Shown here piece after piece: positions 1 to 12,364 of a DNA stretch of 64,000 bases. Below the pieces are notes generated by a model. The model was not told where the DNA came from. It was given only the letters and a program-made list of their open reading frames with translations, and did no database searches. The position numbers and the translations under genes are program-made. The stretch spans positions 1,699,408 through 1,763,407 of the forward strand of contig MU054831.1 in NCBI GenBank assembly GCA_013239625.1, given 5' to 3'. The stretch comes from Lama guanicoe. Taxonomy: Eukaryota. How positions within the stretch are numbered: position 1 is the first letter of the stretch; each line of letters starts with the position of its first letter.

Positions 1-69
1 GTGGCTTCTGCAGCTCCCAGCTGGCCACCTCGACGTCGGCTTCCTGTGGTGGAAGGTCGTCTTCCTCCC

Positions 70-570
70 TGAGTCAGCCAATGGGGGGGCGGGCACTGGC
101 TCCACGCACTGGGAAGCCAGGGGCTCCCTCTGTGGCCACCTTCCTCTTGTCTCCGCGGCCAAGGCCTCTTTCCAGGTGCGGGGAAGTTAACCGCAGGCCC
201 CGACAACTTCTCTGTCCCTCACGTTTGAATGCGGACTGAGAGGAAGAGATTCGGGGAGGAGCCGGGTTAACTGGAGAGTTGTGGGCGGGCGCGCGGGTCC
301 CGGGCTGTGCCACCTCTGCGCTGCGCCTGGCAGCCCAAGGGCACTGAGCCCGAGCCTGGTGGCGACCCCGCGTATCATCTGCTTGTTATGTAACGTGACA
401 ACAGGGGTGTGAAATAGAAACCAGATGTCGGGGCGGAGCCGGCAATTCCTCACCAGTGAGTGCTGCGGGCACCGCTCCGTCTTCTCCTCCGGCCCAGGCC
501 CCGTGCCCTGGGAGGACTGGCTCTGGAGGGGCCCCTGGGCTCTAAACAAAGGCCTTGGCGGAAGGTAAAG
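70..570 (+). promoter_or_regulatory. Promoter-like cluster with a downstream splice donor
   Basis: TGAGTCAGC (70-78), CCAAT (78-82) and GGGGCGGGC (86-94) in a tight cluster. Second GC box near 430, CpG-rich sequence, and donor AAG|gtaaag at 564/565. Confidence 0.4.
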
Positions 571-1437
571 TCCAAACTGTGTGGTTAACTCTTGAGAACC
601 TGTGGAGGGCTTTCTGTGCACAGGTCTGTAGCCGCAGCACGTCGTCCTGGGAGATGTGGGTGGTGACTTCTCCTGAGAGTCCACAAGGCCAGGGGCTGAG
701 CCGTGGCCCCGCGCACTCTTGGGCTGGGAGCGGAGGGGATCTGAGCTGCAGCTGGTGAGGGGCTGGAGCAGTGGCGGGGAGCAGACCTCAGGGGGAGAGG
801 TGGCCGCTGGTCGACAGGGGCTCCCCGGGCCTGGGGACTCGGGGCCAACGCTGGATGTCTGCAGGGGCAGCCCCTGCCCAGCCTGGGTCCTTCCCGACAC
901 CCGGAGGGCTCACTGGCCACCTCCGCCTGGGCTGCACTGTGGACACGGATCTTTGCCCTTTTGAAGTAGGAGACACTAACTCACCTCAGTCAGGAGTGCA
1001 GCCCCCCCGCTGGGAGTGGCGGCAGGTTTCACTCTCACCTAAACCCGAGAGTACGTCGCTGGTGCTTTGTGATCTTCCAGAGAGAGCGGCAGACTCCACC
1101 CTTAGCTAGGAAGACCCCAGAAACAGAAGCCTGGGCCCTTGGCTGCGACCCCTCATGCCTGGGGCTCTTGGAAGCCTCCTGGGAGTGTCACATTCTTATC
1201 AGCAAGGTCTGTGCTAACTGCCGCCCAGGTTGCGGTGTCACCCGGTGTCCCCAGGGAACCGACCCAGTGAGGCACGGGCGTTTCGGCTCCTTCTTGTCCT
1301 GAGCACGGACGCCCCTCTGGCTTCCTGCTTTCTTGTCCGTGAAGTGACAGCTGGTGTTCCGGGAGTGCCTTCTGCTGGGCTGTGCTGTGTGTCAGTGGAG
1401 CTTCTTACGTGACCCTCAGAGCCCCTGGGAGTGGACA

Positions 1438-1872
1438 CAGGCGACCCTCGTCTTAGGAGCGTTCTACTTGAGACCTCCGACTTCGCGACGTGGGAGAATG
1501 ACACGCTCGGTAGAAATCGCACTTTGGATTTTGGGTGTTTCCCTGCTCCCGGGCTGCGGCGTGGGTCTGACACCCTCTCGTCATGCTGGGCACCAGGTGA
1601 ACAAGTGACCCAGCGACCACATTCTGCTTTTCGCTCTCAGTCCTGCAGTCAGTAAGTCACACCAGAGTCGACACCGCATTGTCACACAGGCTTCGTGTCA
1701 GACGACTGTGTCCGATGGGGCGAACGTGTGTTCTCAGCACCTTTAGGGGAGGAGGCTTAGCTGTCGTGTTCAGTAGGTAAGGTTAGGGTTAAATGCATTT
1801 TCGACCGACAGTATTTTCAGCGTAGGAAGGGTTTATCAGTACGTAACCACGTTGTAAGTCTCAGAAGAGCTG
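1438..1872. mobile_element. MER47/Tigger5-family non-autonomous DNA transposon (TcMar-Tigger)
   Basis: Matches recalled consensus segments: gtagaaatcgcacttt...tgttctcagcac...ttaaatgcattttcgac...gggtttatcagtacgtaacc...gtaagtc. Degenerate CAG...CTG termini. Confidence 0.8.
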
Positions 1873-1883
1873 AACTTTTATGA

Positions 1884-1965
1884 CCCCATTTCACAGATAA
1901 GGGGGCAGACCCAGAGAGGGTGACTGACTTGCCCAGGTCCTCCCACAGCTGGGATCCGGCTCGAG
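1884..1965 (-). mobile_element. MIR SINE fragment
   Basis: ccccatttcacagataag...agagagggtgactgacttgcccaggtc is the MIR core in reverse orientation. Confidence 0.75.
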
Positions 1966-3867
1966 GTGTGGGGCCACTGGCCTCTGGGTGGATGAGGGGC
2001 CTCACTGGGCGTTTGCTGCTGGCCTGTGTGCTGTTTGCTTGTGACCATCAGAAGTGAGGGCAGAGACCCTGATGTGGACAAAGTGTGACGCTGCAGTAAC
2101 GTGTGCTCCGGTTCCTTCATCCGGGTCCTGGAGGAGGACGGGAAGCCCTCGAACACACTCGTTCCATTTCACTCGTTCTAAACGAGAACTTGAAGAACTC
2201 CAGCCCCCGGTGCTTGGCAGGCGGGCCAGACGCGGCTGTTCGAAAGCCATCCGAGTGAGCAGAGCTCGCGTGCTCATCGTCTCAAGCGGGGCTGCCCTTC
2301 GACTGCTCAGAGGAGCTGTTGAGAACCAGGCGTCCTGGCAGCAGTGCTGTGTTCTGCAGCTGAGCATGGGGGCCGTTCAGACGGCGCGGAGGGCGCGGCC
2401 TTCTGACCTGGGTCCTGGCACCTCGCTGTCCGGCCCTCTGCCCATCTAGCCCCTCGCCCCGGGTCACAGCCGTGGCCGCTGGGCATTGCTAGGAAGCCGC
2501 TGTCATCTTGGCCTCAGGCTCCGTGGTGCTTTGTTTCCAAATGTGACCCCTCCTTCATGTTTCTAAAAACTGCCCACGTTCGGCTGAGGGTCCTGGGCCC
2601 AGCCCCCGCCCGGCCGAGGGTGAGGTGCCCATTCCTGGGAGCGGGCTGTGCGCCCAGGGAGCTTCTCTTCTGTGTCGGGTGTCCACCCCGTTCGGGGCAC
2701 TGAGGCCGGAAGAAGCAGAGTGTGCAGGGCCTGGCCTGAGAGGGGCGTCCTGACGGCTTGGCCCTCGGGGGATCGCTGGGTGCTAAAGGCTGGGGTGGGC
2801 TTGAGGGCCACCGGCAGGTCCACCCCCAGGACTGCAGCCCCTGCGGCCCCTGCTGCTCCCTCATCAGGCTGGTCCGGTGACATCCCCGTGTTCCTTCCAG
2901 AAGATTCTCTCCCTGAAGAGTCCTGCCCAGTGTGGGGCTGAGTGGGAAACCAGGCTGGGTCAGTAGCTGTTGTCGGGGAGGGGGTGGGGGTCCTGCCTTT
3001 GCAGTTATGCCCCCACCCCACCTTTTATCACCATTTAAAACCAGGGTGCTGGGGCCGGACTCTGCTGTCAGCCAGGCCCGGGGGGGCCCACGGGGGGCGG
3101 GGGCCCTGCCCGAGCGGCCGGTCCTCATGTTGAGCACGAGTCCAATGGCTTGTTTTAAATGGGGAGCCTGTTCTCCAGTGTACATTTTGCAGGGTGGTCT
3201 CGCAGGCCACGAAGCTGGGATGTGGTCAGAGCTGCCTGGATGGCTATGGACAGGCCATATCTGGGGCCCAGATGTGTGATCACACAGGAGTTTGGCCTCG
3301 AGTCAGGCCTCGGGGGCGACGCTCAGTGAACGGGCCTCCTGCCCACCAGGATGTCTGCGCCCTCAGTTACAGTCACTGCCCTCCGGACCCCGGTCAGCGG
3401 CTCACGTCCAACTGAGGGGCCCTAGGAGTCACTCCAAGAGCTGAACTTTTCCTGCCTTCTAAGTGTGCGAAGCAATGGGACACGGTAGGAAAACAAGTGG
3501 AAATCGGGGATTTGTTCAGAAAAGACCCAGGGGCCTATAAACTGAGCTCCATCATCGGTGTCTAGAAGCGAGACTCTGGTCAGCAGCACCTGAGATCTTC
3601 AGTCACCAAGTAGCTATTTAAATACTTACACACGAAGCCGAGCCGTCTAGACCACTAAGAACCACTTCCACTCCGGGCGGTCACCGTAGGGTCGCGTGTG
3701 CCCGCGGCCCTGCATTCAGCTGGGTATCTCCCGTACCTGCTGCCTCCGCGGTCGGCCGGAATGTTGTTTAGATTCGTGGCCAGCGAGGGCAATGATAGCT
3801 GTGCTCCCACGTGGGTTTAGTAAAGGGCATCAGAAGAGTGTTTGCTAAGGTTCATCTGTACAAATTC

Positions 3868-3869
<2 letters not shown>

Positions 3870-3901
<32 letters not shown>
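3870..3901. repeat. (GT)16 microsatellite
   Basis: Perfect dinucleotide run. Confidence 0.97.
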
Positions 3902-3909
<8 letters not shown>

Positions 3910-4769
3910 TTAAACTTGAAATACAAGTTGCATTAGCCCATTCCTCTAGGGATGGGTAGAATTTGGTAACTAAATGAAACTAAGCTGCACATATGCAAAT
4001 AATTTGAACATGATTGAAAACCAAACCAAGTTTTTACTTATTCTGGAAACTTCTAGAAGAAATTTTGGAACTCTCTGTTGCAAATAGTTCATACAGAAAT
4101 AACATTCTATATACAGAAATACGGAAAAAAAAAAAGAGAGAGAGAAGGCTCCTTGCCCCTTTCCCGGCTCTGACAGAGCGGCTTCTACAAAAAAAGGGGC
4201 AGAAGTGGGGCCGTCCTACCGTGGGCTCCCAGCATGTGGGGACGACGCGCCCACCATGTGGCCTTCAGGGAGACTCTGACTCCCCGGGGAAGGGGACACA
4301 GACCCACAGTGCAGCACCGAGCCAGGCTCAGCACAGCTGTGGGGTGGAAGGAGCAAGGAACATTCCTGCCATCACCCAGAGGATGTGAGAGGAAGAGGGT
4401 TTCCCACAAGGACTCCATGTCGGCGCCGGAGGCCTCCGCCCCACGCCCCAGCCTCCGGGCTGCCAGCTCGCATGGGGACTGCCCACTTGGCTACTGTAGT
4501 TGCCGTCAGAAAACAGGCAAAAACATGAGACAGATGCGGCTCTGTTCATGCTGCTCAGATCGACTTGTCGTCTGTGCTTAGACTGAAGGAGCCCTTCCTG
4601 CTTTCAGCACGTGCCAGGGGGCGTGTCTGCCCTACGCGAAGGAAGGTTTTGCTAAGTAGGGAGCCTGTCCCCCACATGCCCCAGGCTGCCCTTCCCGAAT
4701 GCCCCTTTGCTGGCCCCTGGGGGTCACCCGGAAGATCGTGGCTCCAAATCATTTGCATTTAAAAAGAGG

Positions 4770-4904
4770 GGTTTTTTGTCTTTTGGAGGGGAGTGGGAAT
4801 TAGGTTGGTTGGTTGGTTTGTTTGTTACAGGTGGTCCTGGGGACGGAACCCAGGGCCTCATGCGTGCCAGGCAAGTGCTCTACACTGAGCTGTGCCCTCC
4901 CCCC
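4770..4904 (-). mobile_element. Vic-1-type camelid tRNA(Ala)-derived SINE
   Basis: Minus strand reads GGGGGGAGGGCACAGCTCAGTGTAGAGCACTTGCCTGGCACGCATGAGGCCCTGGGTTCCGTCCCCAGGACCACC (A-box- and B-box-like motifs), then AAAC/CAAC repeats, CCTAATTCCC and an A-rich tail. TGCATTT on both sides may be a partial target-site duplication. Confidence 0.85.
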
Positions 4905-6038
4905 GTGTGCATTTTTATAGTTTTGCTTTGTTTTTATTTTTGTGCTGACTTAGAAAATCACACGTGGAACCATTCTCCTGGTTGTGGGCGGACGTTCGCA
5001 CTGCTGCTCCTGGTCGCCGTTGAACAGTTGAGGAGACACTTACACAGTGGCGGCGGGCACGGGGGGGCCGGCCCAGCGGCTGGGCTCCCGACTCCGGGGG
5101 CCTCCTGACAGGACTCGGGTGTTTATGGAGCTTGGCAAAGGGGAACGTTGTCTTCTGTGCAGAACTCCGCCTTGGGCCTAGCCCCTCTTTTAAAACAGCC
5201 TTTAGAAGGAGCAGCAAGTCTAAACAACGTGCGCGAGGGGTTCCGCTGAGTTTTGAGGATGGTTTCACGTATGTTGGTTGTTCCGTCTGGGCAGCAAGTG
5301 GGGCCTGGTGCGTTTGTCCGCTTTCTCAAGTTATTAATGACGGAAGCGATGCCGCGCCACCGCCTGGTACGTTTCAGGCTCGCGCTCGGTTTGCTCGGCT
5401 TATCAGCTCGCTGAGCCTCCCGGCGGGTGGTGACGTCCCGCACCAGGGGCTGGGCTGGGACTCCCGCCCCGGCCCGCGTGGCTTACGGGCGTCCCAGGCC
5501 CCTCTGCTTGTTCGCTGCGCTGACTCTGTTTGCGTGTGAGGAAAGCTCAGCGGGCTGAGAGGCTTGTCTGGGTCAGTGGCCACGGGCTGGGATGAGGGTT
5601 GGGTGCAGGCTGTCTGCTCCCAGAGCTGGGCTGTGCTGCCTTGGGGTGCTCAGCCAGGGAGGGGCTGAGGTGGGAGATGGGAGGTGGGGCCGGGAGGGCC
5701 TGCGGTGGCCGCAGGGCACCGCACATGGATGCTTAAGGGGCGCTCCGTGGGGCAGGAGCTGGGGCCCGACGCTGAGATCTGGGGGACACCAGGGAAGGGC
5801 CTTGGGCACCAAGTGGCTCCTGAGTCCCCGACACAGACGGGGGCGCCTGGCCTGCCCCGGAGGACGTGTGCGTGAGCGAGGCCCTCTCCATCTCCGGCAC
5901 GAGAAGCGACTGCCGAAGCTTCTTTTTAAGAATGAGGAACAAGGACTCTGGTGGCTGCAGGGTGCACTCTTACGAATGAGCTGTTTTTACAAATGACTCG
6001 GACAGCTTTCAGGGCTGACTTGAAGCTTTCGCTTGATT

Positions 6039-6369
6039 AGCCAATCAGGGAGGCAGCAACCCAACTGGTTGGTTTTCTCAACTGTGAGTTAAAAAAAAAA
6101 GCTGACGGTGTTGTGATGACAAGTGACTTCAAGAGGAGAACAAAGCAAAACAGCTGTAGCGAGAAAGTAAACAGAAAAGCAGGCAGGGCTCCCTGAGGCT
6201 CATCCGGCTCGCGGAGTGCACGGGGCTCTGCCGCCAGCCTCCCCCCAGGGTCCACCGCAGGGTCTGCGCCCCGCGGGCTGCACTGGAGAGGTTTGGGATG
6301 GTTGCAAAGGGATGGGAAATGTTTCCCTTTACAGTAGAGGACAGGTCTTGATGAGGAGAGGAAGTGAAA
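6039..6369. promoter_or_regulatory. Enhancer- or promoter-like motif cluster
   Basis: AGCCAATCAG (NF-Y, 6039), AACAAAG (SOX, 6139), CAGCTG (6151), GTAAACA (FOX, 6167) and GGAAGTGAAA (ETS-IRF composite, 6360) in locally AT-richer sequence with no recognisable repeat. Confidence 0.4.
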
Positions 6370-9300
6370 TTTTAACCAGGCACCAGAGAAAGACAAAAAT
6401 AAATACAGGAGATAAAAAGTACGAAGCAGCGACTTCAGATCGTCAAGCCCTGGTGGCTTCCTGGGAGCCCTGTCCTTAGACCGCCTCGTGTCTGTCCTGC
6501 CCCTGTCCCCAGGGCTGGGCCACGCATGGGGACAGGCCTGGCCGGTGTCCCATGCGCCGAGGGTCTGGCTGTCGCCCTGGCACCCAGGTGCCATTCAGGA
6601 CAACAGGGTGATTGTGTCTCTGGCGCTGGTGCCACCCTCGGGGTCCTTCCTGGTCTCTCTCCTGCTCGGGCCCTGAACGTGCAGCACGACCCTCAGGGGA
6701 AGAGCCCAGCCTGAGCGGGGCTCCATGGGGGGAATAAGATGGCTCCCCTTCCTGGGAGCGAGCCATTTCCAGACGGTTCCCTTGGTTCCAGCTTTCCTAA
6801 AGGGATGCTCTTTAAAATGGCTCAGCAGGGTCAGGGCTGCCGCCCCCGGCCCTGCAGAGGCAGGCTGGGCCTGGAGCCGGGCCGGCGGGTGCGTCTCTGC
6901 CCAGTGTGGGGTGGCTGGGCTCCTGCGGCTGTGTCTGGAGGAGGGAAGCACTGGGCGAGATGTTCCCAGCACTTGGCGGAACCAGTGCACGGTCCCCTCC
7001 CGGGAGGGAAGTGGTTCTCTCTGGATCTGCTGCCTGGGAGGTACGTCGGCGAGAGCAGTTCTCAGGAACCTGGGTCTGCGGTGGGGCCTCCCCTCCGCCT
7101 GGCCAGCCCTGAGTGTGGGCCGGCCAGGTCAGAGCACCAGTCTCACTGGAGCAGGTGGGTCTGCTGGAGCTGTGCCCTGCCCGGACCCTGAAGCAGACCC
7201 CCCAGAGGCCCTGGGGACTTCCGCCTAGCGGTTTCTGTGGCCGACCTGGGCGTCTGGGCTCTGGCCTCTGCCCCACGATCGCCAGGTCTGGTTCTGTACG
7301 GGGGCTGGCAGGGTTCCGAGTGGACCTGGAGGCATGGTCCCAGGGAAGAGGGAGTGAAGGAGAGGCCTGGCCTGTGGAGACTGGTCCCCGTCCTCTGGGC
7401 AGCCCAGGACAGGGGGGCGGGGGGAGTGTGGGCTTTGTGCTCCCCTCCCTCGCTTCTCCCAGCATCAGGCCACGTGCAGTCATGGAAAAGGAGGAAGGAG
7501 AAAGTCCGCAAGAACCAGAGAGGGAGGCTCGGCATGGCCGCGGCTCCCTGGCTTCTCTGGGAACCACGGGTGTGCCGTTTCCACATCTGCTTTCATGCTC
7601 GTTCGGCAGGAATCAGCCCCCTCAGTCCACGCTTACAGGACAGGGTCGGGCCCCTCGGTTGGGGGGGTTTCCTGCTCTCTTGCAGGAAGAGGAAGGACGC
7701 TGGACACGAGGACAGCTCTGTAAAGAGGAGGCCTCCTCGGCCCTGGAGTCAGGAACTTGTGTGGTGGGGGGCCAGCCGCAGCTGCACGCGTGGCGGCCCT
7801 GGCCGCGGCGGCCCTCGCCCGCTTCCAGTGGGTCCGGTGCGACTGAGGAACCAGACTTTAAACTTCGTTTCATTTTGGTTAATTCCGGTGTTGGTAGCCC
7901 AGGAGGCCAGCGGGGCCTGCAGCCCAGCACCGAGTGCGCTGCTGGGAGACAGGGCTTCCTGCGTTTGAATTTCCCGGTTGGGTAAACAGCAGGGTGCCAG
8001 AGTCAGAATAGGACAGATTTGCCAGGAGCAGTCTGCGCGGCTCGCTGCATTTGGGGTCCTCCGCAAGGCCGTTTGGAAGGTGGCGCAGTGGCAGCCTCAT
8101 GTCGCGGAGAGGGCCACCCATGGTTCCAGGCGGGGCCGTCTGGCCTCCGAGGTGCGCCCCCCCGGGAGTTCACTGATGGGCCTGAGACAAGGTCGCAGGA
8201 CCCAACTGCAGGGGGTCCTGAGGCAGTCTCCATCCCTCCCCCGCCCTGGGCTGGGCTCCCTTCCCCTCCGTCCGCTCCGTCCCAGCTGTGTCCCGTCACT
8301 GGTTTGGCTGGTCTGGTGTGTCCCTCTTGTGCTCCAGCCAGGGGCAGGTGGCCGGAGCAGGACAGGACGCTGGACATGCAGGCAAACAGACGTCCCAGCG
8401 GGGCTTTCTCTGGCCCGGGTCTGCGAACGCATGGGGAGCCAGCCAGTGTAGACAGCCCTCACTCTGGGTCCGGCCGGGCCTTCCCGCCCAGCAGGCTGTC
8501 TCCTGCGGCCGTGTGTGTTGCTGGAAGGTCCCTGGCCAGCAAGTGCACGTCGCTCTCCACCTGGTTACAGGTGGCGCGGGTGAGCGCGTGCGGCCGGCCT
8601 TGCCGCCCACCTCCCGCTTGTTTCTGCCTGGGGTGAGGCTGCGCACGGGCTGCCCCCCGCGTGGCCGGGAGAACTTGCAGCGTCTGGAATGGCTTTGCTT
8701 GGTGGTAGCCGTTCTTTCTACTGTTAAAAGAGAAAAGTTGGACCATTGACGTGTTGACACTGGGGCCTGCTCCTGGGGCAGGCTGCCACCCAGTCCCAGT
8801 CTGTAACTATTTGGCAAAGAGGGGTTTTTACTGACACGGGGTGTCATTCATCACACGGCATGGGTACACTGAGTCTACGAGAGGTTCTTAGCACGTGCGT
8901 GAGAATGACTGTGAAGCGTGCTAGGAAGGTGAGTGCTGTCCGCATCCTGCCCTGTGGGTGAGGGGGCGACGTCCACACTGCTGGCTTCTGGGAACGCAGG
9001 CTTCACCTGCGGTTTTGTAAAACACGCACAGCGTCTTTGTCTGTGTTGCCGGCCTTAGCGCTGCTCACTGGGGTTTAGAGGAAGCGGAGCTGAGGACGAG
9101 GAGGCAGTGGGCGGACCCGAAGGCCTGTGGGTAGCGTGGGGGTCAGCGAGGAGCTTCCCTGAGAGCACTGAGCCCACGGAGACGGTCAGCTCGAGTGACG
9201 GAGGTGACGGGGCCCTTGGCCTCTGGGGAGTTTGCAGAGCATACACACTTGAGCTTAAGGGGACCCGGAGTCTCCCTTGAGATGTGAGGGCTGTCGTGTT

Positions 9301-11574
9301 CGCGGGTCCTGACTACGAGTCGGGTTCTGGAAGCTTCTTGTCAGCGTCCCTTGTGATGCTCAGGTGGCCTGCCAGCCCCAGTTTGTCTGGGGACTGGCCA
9401 GGTCAGTCAGGGAGCTGGGATTGGGTCCTGGGCCTGTCTGCCTCTGGATGCCCGGACGCTGCCCTGCTGGGCCCCGAGCTTGCCTTCCTCCAGGCGTTAG
9501 GGTGGGAGGATTCTTTGGTTCGGTGTTTCTTGTTTATGTTTCAGTCTTGAGTGTTTTTGATCACGTGAATATTCTGTGTGTCCACTGACGCATTATGGTC
9601 TCAGCAGACTTGCAGACCCAGGATACACGAGTGTCTGTTCCATGTTTTACTTGGTCCCTGTCTTTCCTTGGTCTTTTCGTTGGCACCAGGGACAGTGGTG
9701 TGGGGCAGACACACATGTGCAGCAGTGGTCATGATGGCTGGACTTGCAGTGGCCGTGGAACGGGCTGTGGTTGCTCCTTGCTTGGAAGGACACCGCTGGC
9801 TTTTCTGTGCTGAGAATCAGCTGTCACTTATGGGGACAAGTTTTCTCCAAGGTTCTGGAGGGGTGAACACAGTCTTCTCAAGGTCTCTTCCATGTCGGTG
9901 GCGTCTGTGTTCCGCCACCCGAGCAGGCCTGGCCTGGCCTGTGTCCAGCGGACCTGAGCAGGAGGGCAGTGTCCTGAGTGAGGCCTGGTACCACGATGGC
10001 CGGTGTCTCCACGGGTTTCTGCGGGGCAGGTCTGGTGATGCTCGTGCGGCTTGGCACCCACGGACCGTCGCCAGCTGATGATGGACAGAGCAGGCAGTGG
10101 GGGTTGCAGCACTGCCAGGTGACCATGGGCTCTCAGTCGCACGGACTGACTGGCGGGGTCCTGGCCTGGGCTGTCGCGTGTCTGAAATGATGACGTCGGT
10201 GCACCACACACAGGCATAAAGGCAGAGCTTCACACGCACCAGACGGTGACGCCGCCACACCCGTGCCGCGGACGGGGGTGCTCGCCTGAGCCCCGGGCAC
10301 CTGGGCACCCGTGCTGAGTCCATGTCCGCAGTGGGGTTCGTTTGTGGCAGGTCAGCGGTGCCAGGCCCAGCTCTGGGCAGGGAGGGGTCCTTCCTCCCAG
10401 GCCCGTCCTCTGAGCAGACCACTGCCACCATGGAGCTACGGGCACCCGTTCCCGCTGGGGCTGGGGCACACGCCTGCTCCTTGTGAAAGCTGGAGGGCGC
10501 GGACACACCCCGGCTGCGGCAGGCCTGACACAGCGGCTCCGTCATCCCCAAGGCTGTGAGGGGCCCGGGCCCTGAGGGTCGTCTCAGGCTCCAGTCCTGA
10601 CTTCCAGGGAGGCCTTCCCGTGTCCCTGATAGGGACGCTGGTGAGCGCACAGCCCAGCCCTTATCTTAAGTAGTGTAAGGCTAATTCCTTTTTTAAAATT
10701 TAAAAATAAACAGAAATGAAAGTTTGTCCCTTTCTTCCTGTGCCCCAGGGAGCATCTCTTGGAAGCCACCTAGTCCACGGTTTCATTTCTCTGGCAAGAG
10801 CAGTTGAATAGTGAATGTCAAGGGAAGTCATAGCGAGTAGTTCCAAGACGGTCTGGTGTGGACGGGCCTGGTGAGAGAGTTCAGACGTGAATCCAGTGTT
10901 TTCTATGTGTATCTGCTGCCAAGGGGCTCCCGGTTCAGATGCAGCCCTGAGTCCTGTGTCCACCACCTCGGCCCGTGCTGGGCGCCCTGGAAGCTGTCTC
11001 GAGTCTGGGTCTGTGACAAGCACCGCTGTCCCCAGAGGCACTGGGAGGTCCTGCCAGGGTTTGTCGTTCCATGACAGATGTTCGAGAAAAAGAGCCAGAA
11101 AATAGCAGGTAAAATGCGAGTCCTAACAAAATGGCGAGGGTTCTCAAATGCTGCGTCGTGCCCCTGATCCCAGGAAGCCCTGCAGCGCGTCTGAGGCCCC
11201 AGGAAACGCCGTGACCTTTAGAATCTAAGCCTCAGCGCTCAGCTGGTCATGTCATTTAAAAAAGACAACAGCCAGTGAGACGAGGAGGGAGGGAAGACTG
11301 CTGGGCAGTGGCTGGGCAGTGGCTCTGGGCAGTGGTGCTGCAGGATGCGGCCAGGCTTCCCCTGCAGGGCGGTGGGGCCGGGACCCTGCCCCAGGGCTGG
11401 CCATGAAGGCTTCTCCGTGCCTGGGACACACCCACGGCCAAGTGTGCCACATGTGCTAGTGTGTGTGTGATGCATGTGCCGGGGACGCGTCCTTCCCGGC
11501 TGTGTGAGCAGGGTACCCGGGGCACGCGCTGGCACCAGGCCGCTCGGGCGCCCACGCGGGGGCTGTGCTCTCCT

Positions 11575-11650
11575 GCCCGGGGACCTGGGGCCGCCCCCAG
11601 CCTCTCCGCACCTCAGTGGCCTCGTCTGCAAAATGAGGGCATTGAGGGAG
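11575..11650 (+). mobile_element. MIR SINE fragment
   Basis: gacctgggg...cctctccgcacctcagtggcctcgtctgcaaaatgaggg resembles the MIR core. Confidence 0.6.
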
Positions 11651-12364
11651 CGCATTTCCTCAGTTCTGTCTTCTTCTGGATTGGGGTCCATTCAAAGGAG
11701 GTACTTGCAGCTCCTGAGCTCCCGTCTCTGCCTCTTACTTAAGGGAAGGCTTGGAGTGAGGGGCCCTGTAAAAAGCTGCTGCAAGTGGAATGAATTTGCG
11801 ACAGAGCAGAGAAGCATCGTAGAAGGATAATGTGGGTCCTTGGGTTCCGGTTCCTGAGCGTGTCCTTACCTGACTGAGGAAGAGAGTGGCTGTGTGCGTG
11901 GATGGCCACCTCTCAGGTCTGCTCGCGCGGAAAATCGTTACCAGTGATTTTGCTGTGGCCGTTCCTTTGGGTGAGGACACTTTATTGAAGAAAGAAAATG
12001 AAACTCAGCAGGAACAGTAAACTAGACACAAAACAGAGAAGCTTCAGGGAGGTGCGCGCGTCAAAAGCAGCAGCAGATTATAAAATAATTACGAGTTCTC
12101 TCTGCACAAGCAGTGAGGCTTTGCTCTTTTCTAGTCGTAAAGACGGGAACTATTCATTTTAAGACATTTTTAAGAGAGTAAAAGCATTCTTAGACTGTCC
12201 TCTCCTGACCCTGTCACTCATGGTCACCGCTGTGGCCACGTCAGTGTCTTTCCAGTCCTTTCTCTGGTGTTTCTACAGATGGCTTCTGGACGGATGTGAG
12301 ATTTTGCTATTTTGCGCTTTGCACTTACTGTAAAGTTGCTATAATCATCTTTCTATGTTGCCAG

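Noticed and set aside
1772-1782. Donor-like TAG|gtaagg (and similar sites near 19600 and 53563)
   Set aside because: They lie inside MER47, Tigger1 and L1 remnants with no supporting acceptor, promoter or frame.
2500-4000. Orthologue of human HDAC4-intronic microRNA annotations such as MIR4269
   Set aside because: I could not match any hairpin or mature sequence I recall. A miRBase or Infernal search would be needed.
4830-4904. tRNA-Ala-like sequence on the minus strand
   Set aside because: Degenerate cloverleaf followed by a SINE body and tail, so it is a Vic-1-type SINE rather than a tRNA gene.
7113-7985. Long ORFs of 240-290 aa (also 9817-10650, 24532-25287, 32632-33501, 62163-63032, 62444-63289)
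   Set aside because: Low-complexity Pro/Gly/Arg/Ala-rich translations overlapping on both strands with no recognisable domain, as expected by chance in GC-rich intronic DNA.
11300-11340. Short direct repeats (CTGGGCAGTGG x3; also 25062-25097, 30190-30216, 31519-31545) as CRISPR-like arrays
   Set aside because: Tandem slippage duplications with no unique spacers and no cas genes, in mammalian DNA.
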